Positions 60,401 to 64,000 of a stretch of 64,000 nucleotides of DNA are shown here, one piece after another (positions within the stretch are counted from its first letter, which is position 1; the number at the start of each line of letters is the position of its first letter). The notes below the pieces were generated by a model, which was given only the letters and a program-made list of their open reading frames with translations, was not told where the DNA came from and did no database searches. Origin of the DNA: Podarcis melisellensis (lineage: Eukaryota); NCBI GenBank assembly GCA_964234715.1, contig OZ174283.1. The stretch is one strand, 5' to 3'. Position numbers and translations under genes: made by a program.

Positions 60401-62360
60401 ATAAAATAATATTTTAGAGCAAATCTCCCCAGTCACTTAATGTATGTTTGTATCTGCTTTAACTATATTCCAGGATGAATATATGTGATACATTTTTGAA
60501 CATGCCATGCATATTGCAAATTCTGCTGTATGATGCAAATGCATCACAAGTCATTCCTAGGCTGTAGAGGCACTACGACAATCGGGGGCAGTGTGTCATG
60601 TTTCACCGTCTGAGGCAAAATGGGAGCGTACTGCTGTGCCGCCCCACACTGCCAAAGCATCCCTTACCTGTGGTGGCGATTTCCAGAAAGATCTAATGAG
60701 ATCTTTTGGCACCGCTGAAGGCACCGCTTCTCCACCAGTGACGGAGGTGCTGTGGAGCCCACAGGGACACTGCCACTTCTGCTGCCTGAGGAGACTGCTT
60801 CACCTTGCCTTATGGGCAGGCCAACCCCTGAAAACCGCTAACAGCAGGCCTAATGTAGTAAGGAACACCTTACCTTGATGTGTGGAACAAATGACCATTA
60901 ATTCATGGCTGGCATCTCCAGATCTCCTGACAGGAATTAGCAGCTCGCCAATATCTTCTTCTATTCTATACTCTGGCCCAGGAATGTACACGGTAGATTC
61001 TGGAAAAGAGTGGAATGGGAGAGAGAGAGAGAAAGATCGAGATCAAATAAATACTAAGTAAAATAATTTAAGGTAGATGGCATTACAGTGGTACCTCGGG
61101 TTAAGTCCTTAATTCGTTCCAGAGGTCGGTACTTAACCTGAAACTGTTCTTAACCTGAAGCACCACTTTAGCTAATGGGGCCTCCTGCTGCTGCCGCGCT
61201 GCCGGAGCACGATTTCTATTCTCATCCTGAAGCAAAGTTCTTAACCTGAAGCACTATTTCTGGGTTAGTGGAGTCTGATACCTGAAGCGTATGTGACCTG
61301 AAGCGTATGTAACCCGAGGTACCACTGTACTGTCTATACTGGGTGGTATTTAATTGTATTCTTATGCAAATGGTATACCTGAAGGAGCATCTCCAACCCC
61401 CATTGTCCAGCCGGGACACTGAGGTCCAGCTCAGAGGGCCTTCTCTGTGGTAGTTCCTTCATTGTGAGAAGTGAGGTTACAGGGAACAAGGCAGAGGGCC
61501 TTCTCTGTAGTGGCGACCACCCTGTGGAACACCCTCCCACCAGATGTCAAGAAAATAAACTATTTGACTTTTAGAAGACATCTGACGGCAGCTCTGTTTA
61601 GGGAAGTTTTTAATGTTTGATGTTTTATCGTGTTTTTAATATTCTGTTGGGAGCCGCCCAGAGAGGCTGGGGAGGCCCAGCCAGATGGACGGGATATAAG
61701 TTATAAATAATAAGTTGTTGTTGTTGTTACTACTACTACTATCCTTCTGTTGATGGAACAGTGTATGATTGAGCAGGAAGTCTCTACTGATAGAAAGGGA
61801 GCGAGGGGTTCCATTACTGATTGCTCCCTGTGGTTTCCCACACCACTTTCCATGCTGCTCTGAAGGGTCCGCAAAACCCTCTGCAACAAGTTCTCAGGAG
61901 TGCAAGAGGCTGCGGGTGAAGAGTGAAATGAGAGTTGACAAAAAGTGCCCCCCCCATCCATTAGTGGAGGCACCCACTGCATCAAAACCCTTCTGCAAAC
62001 AGAAAGGAACAATTGTTTTCCACCCATTGTAATCCAATTCTGAATTCCATTCCATGGGGACAGGATTGGAGTGCCTTTATAGGGGAGAAAAATTAAAGCA
62101 GGAATAAAAAGTAAGGAAAAACCACATACCATCACCTGGATCCACAATTTCCACCATTGCCTGTTCTGGAAATTCCAGGGCAGCCATAACTGGATCGGAC
62201 AAAACAATCTGGAATAGTTCTGATTCCTCGTATTCATTGTCCACTATTATTCTTACTTTCCAGGTAGCCACTGTCTGCCCTGGGTTGAACTGAACCTGTT
62301 TCTGGGCTTTTCCTTTGAAATCTTTATCCTTTTCTGCTGTTCCATCTCTAGTCCCAATGC
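20883..62360 (-). CDS. FREM3: FREM3 (FRAS1-related extracellular matrix protein 3, full-length FREM2-like form), spliced CDS exons ~4-24, 5'-partial: complement(join(20883..21413,21980..22126,22222..22409,24498..24624,26173..26307,27385..27512,27721..27825,28243..28435,32991..33322,33633..33764,34857..35160,36155..36313,36977..37107,38180..38362,38913..39077,40125..40322,40720..40929,42017..42166,53329..53580,60874..60999,62130..62360))
   Basis: 21 exons (4127 nt) splice in frame. Calx-beta repeats are followed by the FRAS1/FREM2-type C-terminal region, a TM helix and an SSEV tail. The FREM3 rather than FREM2 call rests on tail-to-tail synteny with SMARCA5. Confidence 0.88.
21980..22126 (-). 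CDS. FREM3: FREM3 exon ~23 ([22 protein letters not shown]...STPLFQ)
   Basis: minus strand tctag|GAT ... CAG|gtaacc; 147 nt. Confidence 0.92.
22222..22409 (-). CDS. FREM3: FREM3 exon ~22 ([29 protein letters not shown]...YRFKIL)
   Basis: minus strand tctag|GC ... CTG|gtatgt; 188 nt. Confidence 0.92.
22997..23114. repeat. Palindromic hAT/URR1-like MITE core with a perfect 30-bp inverted repeat
   Basis: GAACCTTTGGCCCTTCAGATGTTGCTGAAC (22997-23026) and its exact reverse complement (23085-23114). Confidence 0.75.
23563..23785 (+). mobile_element. Tigger/pogo-type MITE (same family as 61086..61327)
   Basis: ta|CAGTGGTACCTCTGGTTA ... TAACCCGAGGTACCACTG|ta. Confidence 0.87.
24498..24624 (-). CDS. 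FREM3: FREM3 exon ~21 ([42 protein letters not shown]), GC splice donor
   Basis: minus strand tatag|GTC ... AAG|gcaaag; 127 nt; only the GC donor keeps frame with the next exon. Confidence 0.85.
26173..26307 (-). CDS. FREM3: FREM3 exon ~20 ([15 protein letters not shown]...DLDIRFQQ)
   Basis: minus strand tgtag|GTA ... CAG|gtaaaa; 135 nt. Confidence 0.92.
27385..27512 (-). CDS. FREM3: FREM3 exon ~19 ([21 protein letters not shown]...WKFVSDFA)
   Basis: minus strand gacag|GT ... GCT|gtgagt; 128 nt. Confidence 0.92.
27721..27825 (-). CDS. FREM3: FREM3 exon ~18 ([34 protein letters not shown])
   Basis: minus strand tttag|GC ... G|gtaaga; 105 nt; absent from the ORF track. Confidence 0.9.
28243..28435 (-). 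CDS. FREM3: FREM3 exon ~17 ([19 protein letters not shown]...PPEAELQ)
   Basis: minus strand tgcag|GTG ... G|gtgatt; 193 nt. Confidence 0.93.
29826..30177 (+). mobile_element. Full-length Sauria SINE (POM/Squam1-type)
   Basis: tRNA-derived head with A box TGGCGCTGTGG and B box GATTCGAATCC, an (ACCTTT)-like tail, and a 14-bp TSD TAAGCAGCACATAA at 29812-29825 and 30178-30191. Confidence 0.9.
32991..33322 (-). CDS. FREM3: FREM3 exon ~16 ([21 protein letters not shown]...[10 protein letters not shown])
   Basis: minus strand ttcag|GG ... CAG|gtatgc; 332 nt. Confidence 0.93.
33633..33764 (-). CDS. FREM3: FREM3 exon ~15 ([21 protein letters not shown]...MPHMD)
   Basis: minus strand cgtag|GA ... 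G|gtaagt; 132 nt. Confidence 0.92.
34857..35160 (-). CDS. FREM3: FREM3 exon ~14 ([16 protein letters not shown]...[12 protein letters not shown]...INRGE)
   Basis: minus strand ttcag|GCA ... G|gtaagg; 304 nt. Confidence 0.93.
35890..36065 (-). mobile_element. CR1 LINE 3' end fragment
   Basis: TCATAGAATC..GTAGAGTTGGAAGGGA..CATCTAGTCCAACCCC is a reversed CR1 tail; similar copies at about 4822, 41012 and 44745. Confidence 0.7.
36155..36313 (-). CDS. FREM3: FREM3 exon ~13 ([20 protein letters not shown]...GYPVVCVT)
   Basis: minus strand ttcag|ATG ... ACG|gtacgc; 159 nt. Confidence 0.92.
36977..37107 (-). CDS. FREM3: FREM3 exon ~12 ([28 protein letters not shown]...AETQ)
   Basis: minus strand ttcag|AT ... 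CAG|gtaaga; 131 nt. Confidence 0.92.
37489..37720. mobile_element. hAT-Charlie (OC1/MER30-like) MITE inserted in an L2 LINE fragment
   Basis: TIRs CATGGGTAGGCAAACT / AGTTTGCTGACCCCTG; perfect 8-bp TSD CTTTAGCT at 37481-37488 and 37721-37728. Confidence 0.85.
38180..38362 (-). CDS. FREM3: FREM3 exon ~11, Calx-beta ([15 protein letters not shown]...[14 protein letters not shown])
   Basis: minus strand tgcag|AA ... G|gtgaga; 183 nt. Confidence 0.92.
38913..39077 (-). CDS. FREM3: FREM3 exon ~10 ([27 protein letters not shown]...IKDEED)
   Basis: minus strand tgcag|GA ... A|gtgagt; 165 nt. Confidence 0.92.
39448..39487 (+). ncRNA. Minimal type I hammerhead ribozyme motif
   Basis: GGUAU-CUGAAGA-A-GUGUG(CAUG)CACAC-GAAA-GC-UC^AUACC: stem I GGUAU/AUACC, intact catalytic core, palindromic AGCU stem III. 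Confidence 0.75.
39450..39575 (+). mobile_element. Short Penelope-like element (pseudo-LTR fragment) insertion
   Basis: 16-bp TSD AACTGAATTCAATAGG at 39434-39449 and 39576-39591; motifs TTAGTTGGTCTTTAAGGTGCTAC and CAGACCAACACGGCTAC recalled from reptile Penelope ends; carries a hammerhead motif. Confidence 0.72.
40125..40322 (-). CDS. FREM3: FREM3 exon ~9, Calx-beta ([17 protein letters not shown]...VVFLP)
   Basis: minus strand tctag|TA ... G|gtaagg; 198 nt. Confidence 0.92.
40720..40929 (-). CDS. FREM3: FREM3 exon ~8, Calx-beta ([16 protein letters not shown]...[10 protein letters not shown])
   Basis: minus strand tgtag|CT ... T|gtaagt; 210 nt. Confidence 0.93.
41012..41640 (-). mobile_element. 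CR1 LINE 3' fragment
   Basis: Reversed CR1 tail ATAGAATGATAGAATTGTAGAGTTGGAAGGG followed by decayed ORF2-like sequence; end approximate. Confidence 0.7.
42017..42166 (-). CDS. FREM3: FREM3 exon ~7, Calx-beta ([27 protein letters not shown]...PLSAE)
   Basis: minus strand tctag|AA ... G|gtgaat; 150 nt. Confidence 0.93.
43650..43789 (-). mobile_element. tRNA-Lys-derived SINE with a CR1-type tail (P.s.1/Squam2-like)
   Basis: Minus strand GGATAGCTCACTTGGTAGAACAT...AATCTCAGGGTGGTGGGTTTGAGCCCC...TTGGGC (decayed tRNA-Lys) joined to a CR1 3' end. Confidence 0.65.
47045..47490 (+). mobile_element. Internally deleted Tigger1-like DNA transposon
   Basis: 5' ta|CGGGTATACCTC...CAAATTGAAGG and 3' AAAAAGATTATGACTTGCTGAAGGCTCAG...CTCGCTTTATTGC...GCTTTATTGCGGTGG match my recollection of both Tigger1 ends. 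Confidence 0.7.
47480..47557. repeat. Local imperfect tandem duplications (GTATTGACTTTAGCCTAGACACCT units)
   Basis: About three overlapping copies directly at the right end of the Tigger1-like element. Confidence 0.75.
53329..53580 (-). CDS. FREM3: FREM3 exon ~6, Calx-beta ([22 protein letters not shown]...ILADRDD)
   Basis: minus strand tttag|GA ... G|gtgagt; 252 nt. Confidence 0.93.
56369..56497. other. Assembly gap (129 N)
   Basis: Run of n; lies in a FREM3 intron whose flanking exons join in frame. Confidence 0.99.
57722..57926. repeat. 30-bp inverted repeat pair (29/30 identical) with a ~145-bp spacer
   Basis: ACCTTCCATTGGAGCTCAGAGAAAAGCAAA (57722-57751) versus TTTGCTTTTCTCTGAGCTCTAATGGAAGGT (57897-57926). 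Confidence 0.8.
60874..60999 (-). CDS. FREM3: FREM3 exon ~5, Calx-beta ([28 protein letters not shown]...STHQ)
   Basis: minus strand tccag|AA ... G|gtaagg; 126 nt. Confidence 0.92.
61086..61327 (+). mobile_element. Tigger/pogo-type MITE (same family as 23563..23785)
   Basis: ta|CAGTGGTACCTCGGGTTA ... TAACCCGAGGTACCACTG|ta; interior nearly identical to the 23.6 kb copy. Confidence 0.88.
61370..61740 (+). mobile_element. L2-type LINE 3' end with a microsatellite tail
   Basis: GGGCCTTCTCTGTGGT...CTGTGGAACACCCTCCC...GGAGCCGCCCAGAG...AAATAATAA followed by (GTT)n(ACT)n; related decayed pieces at about 9750-10010, 22600-22980, 37400-37770, 56740-57290 and 60560-60800. Confidence 0.6.
62130..62360 (-). 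CDS. FREM3: FREM3 exon ~4, Calx-beta ([28 protein letters not shown]...EIVDPGD)
   Basis: minus strand ttcag|GC ... G|gtatgt; 231 nt. Confidence 0.92.
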
Positions 62361-62741
62361 CTGAAGGAATATTTGGAAGAAATAACAATAAAGGGATAAG
62401 AAAATATTCACTTTTTCTACTCCCCAAGAGGAGCCACTTCAAGAAAAAAAGAATCCATTCTTGAAATTTCAGAAAACTGTCATGTACACATATATAACAT
62501 ATATACCAATATCCCTGTCCCAGAAAAGATAGTGCAGACAGAAAGCCTACAGCATCATTCTGCACCCTGTGGCAACCTGTTGTATCATTTAACAGCCAAA
62601 AGAGACATACAGGTGAGTAAACAGAAATCTGGAATGGGTGAGGAGGAAGGAAAGATGGTGAGCAGGGAACAGGTTTGTCTTTGCCTTGATCTTCACTTCC
62701 TCCAGTAATTTTTCTAGTTGGCCCATCTTTCTTTGTGAGAA

Positions 62742-62742
<1 letters not shown>

Positions 62743-62779
<37 letters not shown>
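62743..62779. repeat. (TAA)12 microsatellite
   Basis: Read directly from the sequence. Confidence 0.95.
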
Positions 62780-62780
<1 letters not shown>

Positions 62781-64000
62781 TACATCAAAATCCCCATCAG
62801 AGCAGTATCTTCATCAGGATCAACAACAAAAAAGTACTTATCCATTGGCCTGCTCATAAAATATAATGATTTAAGACAAGGCAAACAATTATTACAATGA
62901 CAAGCTAAAGAAGATTTTAAACAACTGTGTAAGACTTCAGCATAGACAAAGTGGAGGTGGAGGAAAAGCTGGATGTGGTATTATTTGATACCCAAGTATG
63001 CAGAGTAACAACCTTGAGACGGAATGCTGGAGGAGATTTGCAGACAAAATTGCATTTCCCTCTCAGGGTGCAAGACAGATTGTAAGATGCATCCTAGTCT
63101 ACAGGCACAAAAAATAAAAACATATGTTCTCTCCTTTTTGAGAATATAAAATCTTGGTTCATTTTTAAGCCCCAATTGGGAGGCTATGTGTATGTGTAAA
63201 TACATGTTTTTACACAAACACTGCTTAGAAAACTGAAAATCGACTGCAGCTGTAGCTTAATGTTACTGATTTGATCATCCAAAGAGAACCTGACAATTCT
63301 GTGGCTCTTAATGCTATTGCTGCAATACTGGTGATATTTTAATATGGACCTAAATAACTAGTTCTGTTACTTATTGAATGTATTAATAAGTTGTATGCAT
63401 GATGCCTTAAAATCCATATCAGAATCAAATGGCTGAAGCTGATTTCTTTCTTTTTTAAAAAAGTGAGAGGGTGCCATACACAATTCTACCAACACATTTA
63501 AGATACTGGTTATGTCCTTGACAGCTTTTAAAATTTCAGCTGCAAAAGTGTGATTTTACTGTTGTCTATAATTTTAAACGGAGAAAAAAGTGGGCACAGT
63601 TTAATGTCTATGAAGTTAGATTTTGAATTTCTTAATGTCTAACATTTCTACTCTACTTCAGCTTAAATAAGCGAACTATTTTATTTAATTTATGGTTTGA
63701 CACCATCAGTTAGGAAACTTTACCTCTCTGTCAGAGAATAATGAACCTTTGTCAAGCTGAATCCCTCGCCCAGGTCTGGGAGAACCTGATAGCCTGCAAG
63801 AAACTTCTGAAAGCTGTGAAGTGTGAAAACCATTTCCACTTTAGGACTTGCAGTTCTTACACTCCTGACCTAATTAGAAATGCTTCATATAATTAGGAAA
63901 GCCTAAGTCAGCATTAAACCTGCTCTACCAGGTTTGCTCTTAAATACTTGATCAGCTAATAGTTGTTTTTTCAGTGTCAAAATGATGGAAGGAAAAAAGC

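Noticed and set aside
61701-62237. 178-aa minus-strand ORF
   Set aside because: It is an alternative frame across a FREM3 exon and intron ending in a microsatellite, with no recognisable domain.
20883-62360. Calling the minus-strand gene FREM2
   Set aside because: The domain layout is FREM2-like, but tail-to-tail adjacency to SMARCA5 is the FREM3 locus and the exon-8 ending ([11 protein letters not shown]) resembles FREM3 as I recall it. A phylogeny is still needed.

Overview
Vertebrate genomic DNA, almost certainly a squamate and probably a lacertid lizard (it carries a full-length Sauria/POM SINE and lizard-type MITEs). Two multi-exon genes sit tail to tail. On the + strand is SMARCA5 (SNF2H/ISWI chromatin-remodelling ATPase), coding exons 2-24 at 638..17458; exon 1 lies upstream of the window. 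On the - strand is a FRAS1-related extracellular-matrix gene at the FREM3 syntenic position, 21 coding exons equivalent to FREM2 exons 4-24 at 62360..20883; its 5' exons lie beyond the window end. I placed every exon by hand on splice sites, and both genes splice into uninterrupted frames (995 and 1375 codons including the stop). Main points of interest: (1) this FREM3 keeps about 1050 extra C-terminal residues with a furin site, a transmembrane helix and a PDZ-binding SSEV tail, which mammalian FREM3 lacks, and read-through of the exon-8 donor gives a DCK tail resembling the mammalian C-terminus as I recall it; (2) a 126-bp Penelope-like insertion with a 16-bp target-site duplication carries an intact minimal type I hammerhead ribozyme; (3) FREM3 has a weak GC-AG intron; (4) there is a deletion derivative resembling mammalian Tigger1. 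Introns also hold many TcMar and hAT MITEs, SINEs and CR1/L2 fragments, plus a 129-N assembly gap. No prokaryote-type systems are present. Repeat family names come from recall, not from a database search.
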